A stretch of DNA of 64,000 bases from Thermoanaerobaculia bacterium (GTDB lineage: Bacteria; Acidobacteriota; Thermoanaerobaculia; Multivoradales; Multivoraceae). The notes below the pieces were generated by a model. That model saw only the letters and a program-made list of their open reading frames with translations, did not search any database and was not told the origin of the DNA. The position numbers and the translations under genes were made by a program. Shown here piece by piece: positions 8,111-16,763 of this stretch (position 1 is its first letter; every line of letters begins with the position of its first letter). Location: the NCBI GenBank assembly GCA_965116445.1, contig OZ220688.1, positions 1,447,842 to 1,511,841 on the forward strand, in the 5' to 3' direction.

Positions 8111-10681
8111 CTACGGACTGCAAGGAAACGCCTTGAGGTCGCTCCTCGCCGCGGCGGTCTGGTTGAGACGGTTCCGGTGCGTCCAGGGCTCGCCGCCGTC
8201 CGGAGGATCGATCGAGAGGTTGAACGCCAGCGTCGTCACCGGCGCGACGAACACCCATCGATGGTCGAATCCCACCTTGCAGGCGTCGAGCACCTTGATC
8301 AGCACCTCGGAGTTGTCCTCGTCGAAGAAGTACAGGATGGCGGACTGTTCGGAGTTCAAACCGTAGTTCTTCACCTCTTCCACCACCGTCTCGCCGTCCC
8401 TGATGTGCTCGACGCACATGTTGACCGTGTAGCCGCCCAGAAGGGTCAGCGCCGGCTGCAAGGGCCGCGGTTCACAGGCTGCCGCTTCCCCCCCGCTGAT
8501 CGGCTGAGTGACTCGAACCGGCCCCGACCGGGAAGGTTCGACCCGCGCCAACGACGGCGGCGGGACCGGCGCCACCACGAATCCCGCATCGACGAGGTCT
8601 ACTCCCTCGACACCGTCACCACCGTCCGCAGCGGTCGTGGACACGGCAGGCTCCGGATCGCAGGGGAACGCCTCGATATCGCTCTTCGTCGTCGCGGTCG
8701 CGCCGCCCTTCGGGTTCCGGTGAATCCAACGGTCGCCGGTCGCCGTCTCGTCGACGTAGAGGTTGAACGCCAGCGTCGTCACCGGCGCGACGAACACCCA
8801 TCGATGGTCGAATCCCACCTTGCAGGCGTCGAGCACCTTGATCAGCACCTCGGAGTTGTCCTCGTCGAAGAAGTACAGCAGGCCCGACTGGCTCGAGTTG
8901 AGCCCGAAGTCGCGCGCGGGAGCCTCCACCGTTTCGCCGTCCTTCTCGTACTCGATGCACATGCTCACGGTGTACCCGTGCTCGAAGACGATCTGCGGCG
9001 CCGTTCCCGTCGGATCGCACTTCGAGTACTCGGCCGCAGACAGCACGATCGTCACGACGTTGCTCGCGGACCGGCCGGCGCGGTTGAACGACCGCACCCG
9101 GAAGTCGTAGCGGCCGCCGGACTCGAGTCCGGTCACATCCGCAGACACCGCATCCGCCGGTAGCCTGTCAGCCGTCCGCCAGCCGCTGCCGGCCTGGCGG
9201 AGCTGGACATCGAAACCGGTCTCGTCGTCCGACCGGTCCACCCAGGTCAGGCGGACGCTGGTGGGACCCGTCGAGGCGCCGGTCAGGTTGCCCGGCGCGG
9301 TCGGGCCGCTTCCCGGCGGAGGAGGTGGTTCCGGGTCTGGACCCGGATCGGGACCCGGACCCTGAGGCAGCGCATCGCTGTAGCGCACCGCGATGTCGAG
9401 GATGCCCCGAATCGCTCGCTCGTTCTCCCGCTCGCCGGCGTCCCCGATGCTCCAGCCGTTCGGCTCCACTCGCACAGTGGAGAACCACGGCTCGACCTCA
9501 CCGCTGCCGTAGCTCATGATCGTGTCCTTGTGGGGCGGGTTCGGAGAGGAGGGGCTGAACCAGGTGTCTCCGAAGGCGTAGGGTGCAATCACGACATTGT
9601 TACGCCTATCCTGATCTTCCCAGTTGTTGCCAGCATTCGGCGGGTCGTGATTTCCACCCAGGTTATGGCCGACCTCGTGGGCGAACGTCTCGTCTCCGCA
9701 GCCCTGCATGAGCGTCAGCCCGTAGGCGACGGGCGAGAAGTCCCTCCACGTATCGCCTTTCCCCAAGAGATAGGCGATTCCACAGACACCGGTGACTTCG
9801 GCCGTCGTGAACAAATGGACCAGGTCCGCCTTGTGTTCGATGCGAAGGTCCCGGATCTCCTGGTTTCGCTGAAGCCGGCCGAGAACCGCGCTCCCGCCAC
9901 CGGCGGTGTTCAACGAGGCCGGCGCCTGCTCCAGGTGCGCCAGTTGAGCGACGACATCCAGTTGGCCGTTGCGAAACACCAAGTTGAGATAGTCGATCGA
10001 GTTGTTGATCGGCGCTTCGATCGATCCGTCCCGGAGGATGTAACGCTCGCCCGCCGCCTCGCTGTAAAAGATCATGATGTCGAGATGGTTGTGGCTCGAC
10101 GCCTGGACGATGCGCTTTGGGTCGCCCGCGCCCTGCGCCTCGATGGCGACCGCCGGCCGCAGCCGGTCGGAAACCACGCCGCCGGGGCAGAACTCCTCAG
10201 GCGGCTTGCGCCTCATCGTCGATATGTTCTCGATCCGGCCGCTGCCGTCGGGCCTCGCCGAGATGCGGTACTTCGCCCCGCCCGGCACGCCGAAGCTACC
10301 CGCAAGATGGCCATTCGCAACGGTGAACACGACACTCTCGTAGTCCGAGCCGACGACCCGCCCGGCCCACATCGCGTCGCCGTCGCCGCGATCCTCGAAC
10401 ACGGTCAACTCGGCCACCAGGAGCCGGCCGTCCGGCGCCGGCAGTTCCAGGAACTGCGGGGCGGAGCGAACGAGATCGATATCGAGATCGACCGCGTACG
10501 GCACGACACCCGGTTCCTCCACCGCTGGATTCACCATGACGGGGCCCAGGTCCAGTAGCCGCTGCGCCTGGACACTCGTGCCCGGCAACAGCAGGAAGAG
10601 ACAGAGCGGCACGAGCCGCCACTGTCGGGAAACGGCCCGGCCCAAGGTGCCCCCGGACCGGCCCAAGTGAGAAGCAGTCAT
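8111..10681 (-). CDS. Secreted M12/reprolysin-like zinc metallopeptidase with FN3 domain and two copies of a C-terminal domain
   Basis: HEVGHNLGGNHD zinc motif, TIMSY Met-turn, PGPDPGPDPEPPPPP linker, FN3 (PTAPGNL...LTWVDRS...YDFRVRS). The real start is about ATG 10681; the upstream part of the track ORF is a shadow of the VWA gene. Confidence 0.88.
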   Translation of the reverse strand: MTASHLGRSGGTLGRAVSRQWRLVPLCLFLLLPGTSVQAQRLLDLGPVMVNPAVEEPGVVPYAVDLDIDLVRSAPQFLELPAPDGRLLVAELTVFEDRGDGDAMWAGRVVGSDYESVVFTVANGHLAGSFGVPGGAKYRISARPDGSGRIENISTMRRKPPEEFCPGGVVSDRLRPAVAIEAQGAGDPKRIVQASSHNHLDIMIFYSEAAGERYILRDGSIEAPINNSIDYLNLVFRNGQLDVVAQLAHLEQAPASLNTAGGGSAVLGRLQRNQEIRDLRIEHKADLVHLFTTAEVTGVCGIAYLLGKGDTWRDFSPVAYGLTLMQGCGDETFAHEVGHNLGGNHDPPNAGNNWEDQDRRNNVVIAPYAFGDTWFSPSSPNPPHKDTIMSYGSGEVEPWFSTVRVEPNGWSIGDAGERENERAIRGILDIAVRYSDALPQGPGPDPGPDPEPPPPPGSGPTAPGNLTGASTGPTSVRLTWVDRSDDETGFDVQLRQAGSGWRTADRLPADAVSADVTGLESGGRYDFRVRSFNRAGRSASNVVTIVLSAAEYSKCDPTGTAPQIVFEHGYTVSMCIEYEKDGETVEAPARDFGLNSSQSGLLYFFDEDNSEVLIKVLDACKVGFDHRWVFVAPVTTLAFNLYVDETATGDRWIHRNPKGGATATTKSDIEAFPCDPEPAVSTTAADGGDGVEGVDLVDAGFVVAPVPPPSLARVEPSRSGPVRVTQPISGGEAAACEPRPLQPALTLLGGYTVNMCVEHIRDGETVVEEVKNYGLNSEQSAILYFFDEDNSEVLIKVLDACKVGFDHRWVFVAPVTTLAFNLSIDPPDGGEPWTHRNRLNQTAAARSDLKAFPCSP
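8215..8878. repeat. Perfect 121-bp direct repeat (8215-8335 and 8758-8878) inside the peptidase C-terminal domains
   Basis: Base-by-base identical AGAGGTTGAACGCC...GAAGAAGTACAG at offset 543; encodes LYFFDEDNSEVLIKVLDACKVGFDHRWVFVAPVTTLAFNL twice. Confidence 0.95.
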
Positions 10682-10722
10682 CACAGTCACTATAGCGCCC
10701 GGCGGCGACCGTCTGCTCCCGA

Positions 10723-12555
10723 TCAGCGGACGTCGACGCCGCCCCGCAGGAACGACTGGCGCCCCCCGATGTCGTCCCGCAGACCGATGCCCAGGTCGTG
10801 GTAGCCGCCCTCCATCACGAGTTCCAGGCCGTAGCGCCAGGTACCGCCCTCGATTTCGGCCAGTCGGTGGGGCGGCACGGCAATGTTCAGGTCGGTCCGC
10901 TGCGGGTCCGTCGCGTGGTCCTTCTCGTCCCGCGCTGCCATCCAGAGCTGAATGCGGCCGTGGTGCACGCCGTCGCGCGGGATGAGCGTCAACTCCTCCC
11001 ACGCCACCTCGATGACCAGAGGCACGTCGAAGTTCCCGTCCGGCCGGCGCTTCGGGGGCAGGTTGTGGATCCGGGCCCCGAGCGGGTTCGCCAGCATGTT
11101 CAGGTTGAGCGCCGAAAGCGTCCCCTCTATCATCCGGGACTCGAGCGTCTTGTCCCGGTAGCCCTTGCGGAAGCGAACCTCCGCGCCGCGGGGCCTGTTC
11201 TTCCAGACGACCTCGATCCGGTGGTAGGCGCCCTCGCCGACCAGGTCCGGCACATAGCCCAGGGCGTAGTAGTTGCGGAAATCGGCGGCAACCTGGAGCA
11301 GGTCCGGCAGCACCCGGTTCGCGTTGAGGATCGCCCGGCCGCCCGTCTCCTCCGCCATCAACTGCAGGGGGCTCTGGAGGTTCGTCCGCGCGATCGTGTC
11401 GACCTGAGCCATCTGGCCGGGCAGGCCGGCGACCTGGCTGTCGACCGTGCCCTGCGAGTAAACGGTCAGCCCGCGCGCGTCGATGGCGTAGAAGCTGACC
11501 CGGTTCGCGTTCGCCGACGCGGCGAGCTGCTGGAAGCGACGCGACATGTCGTACTCGGCCATCTCGATCAGCGAGACCGCCTGCTCGTAGACGCCGTGGA
11601 GGAAATAGAAGATGTCCTCGCCGGCGATCATCGGGATGCCGTCGGCGACGTAGACGACGGCCTTGCGCCCCGGCGCCGCGGACAGGTTCTCGACCAGTCG
11701 CATCAGGCCGTCGATCGCCATGTTTGTCTCGTTGCGCACGGAACCCGCGTAGTTGGTCAACTGCTCGCGGGCCAGCACCGCGCCGCCGCCGATCAGGCCG
11801 CCCGAGCGGGCCGCCTCGATCCGGGCCTGGCTGTTCGTCCGGTTCTCGATCTCCGTGTTCACGTCGTTGATCACCTCGAACAGGTCGCGGCGCTCGCTCT
11901 CCCGGTGCACCCGCTGGCCAGTCATCTCCTCGAGTTCGAGCAACGCCCGGCGCACCTGGTCGCGGTCGTTCGTGAACGGCATCCGCGAATTCAGGTAGCG
12001 GTCGAAGCTCGCCAGCATGATCCGGTCTTCCGGCCTCAGGTGTTCGCGGATGAACGTCCGCAACTCGCGCATCACCCGGTTCCGGTTGAGCGGCGTCAGG
12101 TTCAGGTTGTCGATGTAGATGACGACATGGAGCGCCTGTTCCGCCGGCATCGTCACCGGCTGCCGCGCGGCTGCCTCCCGTTCGAGCGGATCTTCCGGCG
12201 GCGGCGGCAGCAGCGGCGCCGCCGTCAGTTCGCCGCCGCGGCGCACGAAGAGCTCGTCGCCCTGCTGCTCCACGGCGTAGAAGTTGCTGATCGGCACGGT
12301 CCGTCCGTCGACCCGAAGCTCGAAGTCGTCGGGATCCAGGCCCAGAACCGGCTTGCCGTCGGCGTCGGTCACGTAGACGTCGATGTTGACGACCTCGACG
12401 TTGACGACCTCGACGAAGCCGGGACCAGACGGCGAACGCTCCGTCTGGGCTGCCGCCGGAAGCCCGGCGAACAGCCACAAGACAAGAACCGTCCACATGA
12501 GCAACCGCCCCGCGTTGCGCAGTCGAAGAACCGCCGTGGAGTCCGCACAGGTCAT
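10723..12555 (-). CDS. Acidobacterial VWFA-related (VWA) protein
   Basis: VVNIDVYVTDADGKPVLGL..DF, VIYIDNLNL, PGRKAVVYVADG, MAEETGG, YHRIEV..RFRKGY; signal peptide (start may be 12499). Confidence 0.9.
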   Translation of the reverse strand: MTCADSTAVLRLRNAGRLLMWTVLVLWLFAGLPAAAQTERSPSGPGFVEVVNVEVVNIDVYVTDADGKPVLGLDPDDFELRVDGRTVPISNFYAVEQQGDELFVRRGGELTAAPLLPPPPEDPLEREAAARQPVTMPAEQALHVVIYIDNLNLTPLNRNRVMRELRTFIREHLRPEDRIMLASFDRYLNSRMPFTNDRDQVRRALLELEEMTGQRVHRESERRDLFEVINDVNTEIENRTNSQARIEAARSGGLIGGGAVLAREQLTNYAGSVRNETNMAIDGLMRLVENLSAAPGRKAVVYVADGIPMIAGEDIFYFLHGVYEQAVSLIEMAEYDMSRRFQQLAASANANRVSFYAIDARGLTVYSQGTVDSQVAGLPGQMAQVDTIARTNLQSPLQLMAEETGGRAILNANRVLPDLLQVAADFRNYYALGYVPDLVGEGAYHRIEVVWKNRPRGAEVRFRKGYRDKTLESRMIEGTLSALNLNMLANPLGARIHNLPPKRRPDGNFDVPLVIEVAWEELTLIPRDGVHHGRIQLWMAARDEKDHATDPQRTDLNIAVPPHRLAEIEGGTWRYGLELVMEGGYHDLGIGLRDDIGGRQSFLRGGVDVR

Positions 12556-12564
12556 CGTGAGAGC

Positions 12565-14742
12565 CTACCGCCTTTCCCGCCGCAGTTGCTCACTGTCCGG
12601 CCATCGCCGGAGCGCTTCCGCGAGCACCGCGTTCGCGGACCGCTCGTCCTGCATGGCCCGGAGGGTGCGAACCGCCTCCGCGTAGGCAACCGGCGCAGGG
12701 TTCACGGTCACCATCTCCTGGAGAGTCCTGCCGGCATCGGCAGCGCGACCCTCGATGGCGAACAGAAAGGCAAGCGACGAATAGGCGCCGAGCAGCCCGC
12801 GGTCGAGGGCGATCGCCTCCCGGTAGGAGGCCTCCGCTTCGTCCGGTCGCGAGAGCGCTCCGAGCGCAGTCCCGCGGTGAAGACAAAGACGCGCGAGGGC
12901 GGACCGGTCGCGGCGCTCGCCGAACTCGGCCAGCGCCTCGACGCTCTGGGCGAGCGCCTCTTCAAAGCGGCCCTGCGCGTTCAAGAGGCCCGTCCGGACG
13001 ATGAGAGGCGCGATCCGCGGCCCCCGCTCGGCCAAGGCCCGTTCCAGATGCTCGGCCGCCGCCTCCAGGTCCCCGTCGACGAGGGCGGCTTCGGCCAGGA
13101 CCAGCGGCGCCAGCGGCGAGCGGTCGGCCACCGCCAGGGCGTGCTCACGCGCTTCCGCCACCCGGCCCGCCCGCAGCAGCAGTTCGGCAACCTTGATTCC
13201 GGACGCCGCGGCACTGCCGCCGGACGCCTCGAAGGCTTGGCGGTAGGCATCGAGCGCAGCCGCAGAACGGCCGCGGCGTTCCAGGGTCTCTCCCAGTTCG
13301 TGCCATGCCAGAACGAGCTGCGGCTCGGCCTCGAGCACCGAGCGCAATGCCGTCTCGGCCCCGGAGAGCTCGCCGTCCGCACCAAGGCGAGCGGCCCGCG
13401 CCAGCTCTTCGACCACGCCGATCCGGCTCTTCGGGTCGGACAGCGGGCCGCCCCCTGCGCGCGCGCCGCCGGACAAGTAGCCGAGCGACTCGAGTCGCCG
13501 CCGGACATCCGGGTCGTCCTCGACCGGCGAGACGAGCGACCGGTCGCTCGCTTCGAGCGCCGCGCGCATCCGGCGAGCCGCCGCCCGCTCCTGCTGGATC
13601 ACGTTGTTCACCTCGCCGGGGTCGTCGGACAACCGAAACAGCTCCGGGACCGGCGATTCGATGAAGTGGAGGTCGCCTTCGACGATCGAGGCGAGATCGC
13701 TCCAGCCGAAGTGAATGCGGGGATAAACGCTCTCGGAGACGATCTGCCGAGACCCCGCGCCCGGTTCCGGCTCTCCGGGGAGGTCCAGCAGGTCGACGCC
13801 GAAGAGCTCCGCCGGCTGGTCGAGGCTCAGGCGCGAGTACACCGTCGGCGCCACGTCGCCAAGCTGGGCATTCGATGCAACCCGTTCGCCCGCACGCTCG
13901 CCCGCCGGCAGCTTGACGATCAGGGGCACCTGCAGCACCTCGCGGTAGATGAGGATCAGGTGATCCATCTCGCCGTGGTCCATCAGGCCCTCGCCGTGGT
14001 CGGAGAGCAGGACGACCAGAGCGCTGTCGTAGAGCCCGCGTTCCTCGAGGCCTCGGATGAGCTCGCCGACCACCCCGTCGGCGGCCGCGACCTCGCCGTC
14101 GTACGCATTGTCGTAGCGCTCGGCGAACGGCGCCGGCGGATTGTAGGGAGCATGCGGCTCGTAGAGGTGGAGGAACAGGAAGAACGGCCCACGCTCGACC
14201 TCGCTCAGCCAGCGCGACGCCGCGTTCAGCGTCTCCTGACCCGGCCGCTGAAGCTCGCCGAAATCGCGGCCCGTCTCGAACCGGACGCCGTCGTCGTAGA
14301 CGTCGAAACCGCGGTCGATCCCGGTTCCGGCGCGCAGGACATACGAGGAAACGAAACCGCCGGTGGCGTAACCCTCCCCGCGCAGCGTCTCGGCCAGCGT
14401 CGGGATTTCTTCGTCCAGCCGGTAGCCCGAGTTGTCCCGCACGCCGTGGTCCGGTGGCAGCAGCCCGGTGAACAGGCTGATGTGCGACGGCAGGGTCACG
14501 TTGACGTGAGTGTAGGCGCGCTCGAACAGCACCCCGTCGGCGGCCAGGCGGTCGATCGCCGGCGTCTCGACCCCGTCGTAGCCGTAGGCCGGCAGCCGAT
14601 CCGAACGCAGGGTGTCGATCGAGATGAGCACGACGTTCGCACCCGCAGCGGCGGGTGCGCGCGCGTCGTCCGGGACTGGCGGCGCCGCGCAGCCAAGAAG
14701 CGCACCGCCGCAGGCGAACGCGATAGCCGCAGTGCGACTCAC
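12565..14742 (-). CDS. Sulfatase/alkaline-phosphatase-superfamily lipoprotein with C-terminal TPR repeats
   Basis: NVVLISIDTLRSD, TLPSHISLFTG, HLYEPHAPY, SDHGE; lipobox LLGC; GTG start overlaps the upstream stop; Ala/Leu-rich TPRs. Confidence 0.88.
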   Translation of the reverse strand: MSRTAAIAFACGGALLGCAAPPVPDDARAPAAAGANVVLISIDTLRSDRLPAYGYDGVETPAIDRLAADGVLFERAYTHVNVTLPSHISLFTGLLPPDHGVRDNSGYRLDEEIPTLAETLRGEGYATGGFVSSYVLRAGTGIDRGFDVYDDGVRFETGRDFGELQRPGQETLNAASRWLSEVERGPFFLFLHLYEPHAPYNPPAPFAERYDNAYDGEVAAADGVVGELIRGLEERGLYDSALVVLLSDHGEGLMDHGEMDHLILIYREVLQVPLIVKLPAGERAGERVASNAQLGDVAPTVYSRLSLDQPAELFGVDLLDLPGEPEPGAGSRQIVSESVYPRIHFGWSDLASIVEGDLHFIESPVPELFRLSDDPGEVNNVIQQERAAARRMRAALEASDRSLVSPVEDDPDVRRRLESLGYLSGGARAGGGPLSDPKSRIGVVEELARAARLGADGELSGAETALRSVLEAEPQLVLAWHELGETLERRGRSAAALDAYRQAFEASGGSAAASGIKVAELLLRAGRVAEAREHALAVADRSPLAPLVLAEAALVDGDLEAAAEHLERALAERGPRIAPLIVRTGLLNAQGRFEEALAQSVEALAEFGERRDRSALARLCLHRGTALGALSRPDEAEASYREAIALDRGLLGAYSSLAFLFAIEGRAADAGRTLQEMVTVNPAPVAYAEAVRTLRAMQDERSANAVLAEALRRWPDSEQLRRERR

Positions 14743-15206
14743 TTCAGTTCGAGCGTCCGGCGAGCGTCCTGCGGCAGGCCTGCCACCTCGCCGACCGGCG
14801 TCCACACCTCGACCGTCTCGCCGTCCTCTTCGACTTCCGTCACCTCGACCCAGCGCGCCTCGCGCAATCGCACGACGACTTCGAGCTTGCCGTCGGCGGG
14901 CGCGGGCCGCCCCTGCTCGGAGGTCCAGAAGTTGTAGAGCGCCACCTCCTCCGATTCACCCGGTTCGATCACATGGAGGAAGAGTTGTTGCTTGTAAACC
15001 GGCAGCGCCCGGCCGTTAAGCTCCACGTCGAAGCCGAAGCTGTAGACGGCCCGGCCGCCCCGGTTCTCGATCGTCGCGACGAGTCGGCAGAGGGTCTCCG
15101 GGCCGGGTTCCGCGGGCGTCACCTCGAACCCGGAAAGCACGATCTCCGGTTCGGCGGCGGCGGCTGGCCAGGCGACCGGCAGGAAACCGAGAACCGACGC
15201 CGCCAT
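14739..15206 (-). CDS. Secreted hypothetical protein, CARDB/Ig-like
   Basis: Signal ending AAAA-EPEI; V.PAEPG....L.ATIENRG and IEPGESEEV pattern; coupled to the sulfatase gene. Start uncertain. Confidence 0.65.
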   Translation of the reverse strand: MAASVLGFLPVAWPAAAAEPEIVLSGFEVTPAEPGPETLCRLVATIENRGGRAVYSFGFDVELNGRALPVYKQQLFLHVIEPGESEEVALYNFWTSEQGRPAPADGKLEVVVRLREARWVEVTEVEEDGETVEVWTPVGEVAGLPQDARRTLELK

Positions 15207-15320
15207 GACCGCCACTGACGCCGCGGACGGGCGCCGTAACGTGTTGCTGGCGCCGGAAGCCCCGGCCGTGGCCCCTACGTTCGACACCCCATGGATAATA
15301 CTGGCGGGGACTCTTCGATC

Positions 15321-16763
15321 ATGCCCACGCACTTCCTGCCCCGGTTGCCGGCGTTGCTGGCCCTGTTGGCCCTGCTCGGCTCTGCCGCTCTTCCCGCGCA
15401 GTTCCAGGAACAGCTCACCGAAGAGGACGACCCGACCCTCCGCCTCAGCGACCTGCCCACCGCAGAGAGAAGGGCCGAGCCGGCCTTCTACGATCGCATC
15501 CGACACCTCATGTCCGGCAAGCCGAAGGCGCGCAAACGGGCGGCCAGGGCGCTCGCCAGGGTCGACGAGGCCGCCCTCATACCCCTGGTCGACGCCTACT
15601 TCTTCTCGCCGGACGAAGCGCGTCAAGACCTGAGGCAGGCCCTCGAGGACCTCTCCGGCAAGCAGTTCGGCAGCCGGTACCGCGACTGGTTCGAGTACGT
15701 GGGCGGCCGCAAAGACCTCCAACCGCCGCCCGGGTACGTGGCCTGGAAGGGTGAGCTGTTCTCGCGCATCGATCCGGCCTACCGGAGCATCCTGAGCCCT
15801 GAAGCGACCGTCCGCCTCAGACTGCGCGAAGTCCAGTGGGGAGGCGTTCCCCTGGACGGAATCCCCACGATCGACGATCCCGAGTTCGTTCCTCCCGACG
15901 CAGCCCGGTTCATGCGCGACACGGACGCCGTCTTCGGCGTCAGCCTGGGCGACCAGCACCGCGCCTACCCGGTCAAGGTCCTGAGCTGGCACGAACTGCT
16001 GAACGACACGGTCGGCGGCCGGCCGATCACCCTCTCGTTCTGCACACTCTGCGGTTCCGGGATCCTCTACCTCGCGGAGGACGCGAGCGGGACCCGCATG
16101 CTGTTCGGCACCTCGGGCCTGCTCTACCGCTCGAACAAGCTGATGTTCGACCACGCCACGCGCAGCCTGTGGAGCAACCTGACCGGCGAAGCCGTGGTCG
16201 GGAAGCGCGCGGCCGAGGGAGCGCACCTCACGATGCTGCCGATGACACTCACGCGGTGGGACGTCTGGAAGCAGCGCTACCCCGACACCACGATCATGCG
16301 CCCCGATCCGGCGGCGGCGCAGCGAACCGGTTATCGCTACATCGAAGGCGCCGCCGACGAGGCCCGCGCCGGCGTCGAGTTCGCGGTCTGGCAGCAGAGC
16401 GACGCCCTGGAGCGGAACGCGCGGATCTATGCCCTGCGAATCCGCGGTGAAACGAAGGCCTACCCGCTGGACAAGCTGCGGGAACAGCTAGTGGTCCACG
16501 ACACATTGGGCGGCGTGGCCATCGTGATCGTGCTCGACTCCGCGAGCGGCGCGGTACGCGCCTACGAGCGCGGCGAACGCAGGTTCCGGATCCCGGGAAT
16601 CGCGCCGGTCCGCCAGCTTCGCGCCGAGGACGACACCGTCTGGTCGCTAACCGAGGGAGGCCTGGCGCCCGCCGCGGGCGGCGACCTGCTACCGCGAGTC
16701 CCCGGCCACATCGCTTTCTGGTTCGGCTGGTACGCGTTCTACCCGGACACCGCGGTCTACTAG
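15321..16763 (+). CDS. DUF3179-family protein, secreted
   Basis: WGGVPLDGIPTIDDP, RAYP...L.WHE..ND, FCTLCGSG, FGTSGLLYRSNKLMFD..T.SLW, C-terminal FWFGWYAFYPDT. Confidence 0.88.
   Translation: MPTHFLPRLPALLALLALLGSAALPAQFQEQLTEEDDPTLRLSDLPTAERRAEPAFYDRIRHLMSGKPKARKRAARALARVDEAALIPLVDAYFFSPDEARQDLRQALEDLSGKQFGSRYRDWFEYVGGRKDLQPPPGYVAWKGELFSRIDPAYRSILSPEATVRLRLREVQWGGVPLDGIPTIDDPEFVPPDAARFMRDTDAVFGVSLGDQHRAYPVKVLSWHELLNDTVGGRPITLSFCTLCGSGILYLAEDASGTRMLFGTSGLLYRSNKLMFDHATRSLWSNLTGEAVVGKRAAEGAHLTMLPMTLTRWDVWKQRYPDTTIMRPDPAAAQRTGYRYIEGAADEARAGVEFAVWQQSDALERNARIYALRIRGETKAYPLDKLREQLVVHDTLGGVAIVIVLDSASGAVRAYERGERRFRIPGIAPVRQLRAEDDTVWSLTEGGLAPAAGGDLLPRVPGHIAFWFGWYAFYPDTAVY

Noticed and set aside
8215-8878. 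DGR template/variable repeat pair
   Set aside because: The copies are identical with no adenine-specific mismatches, both are in-frame coding, and no reverse transcriptase is in the window.
10682-12496. N-terminal 605 aa of the 1461-aa track ORF
   Set aside because: Arg/Gly-rich off-frame read of the VWA gene; the peptidase signal peptide begins near 10681.
10798-14937. 1379-aa plus-strand ORF
   Set aside because: Antisense shadow of the VWA and sulfatase genes; no motifs; typical of high-GC DNA.
15321-16763. Selenocysteine in the DUF3179 protein
   Set aside because: The motif is CTLC with ordinary Cys codons; there is no in-frame TGA.
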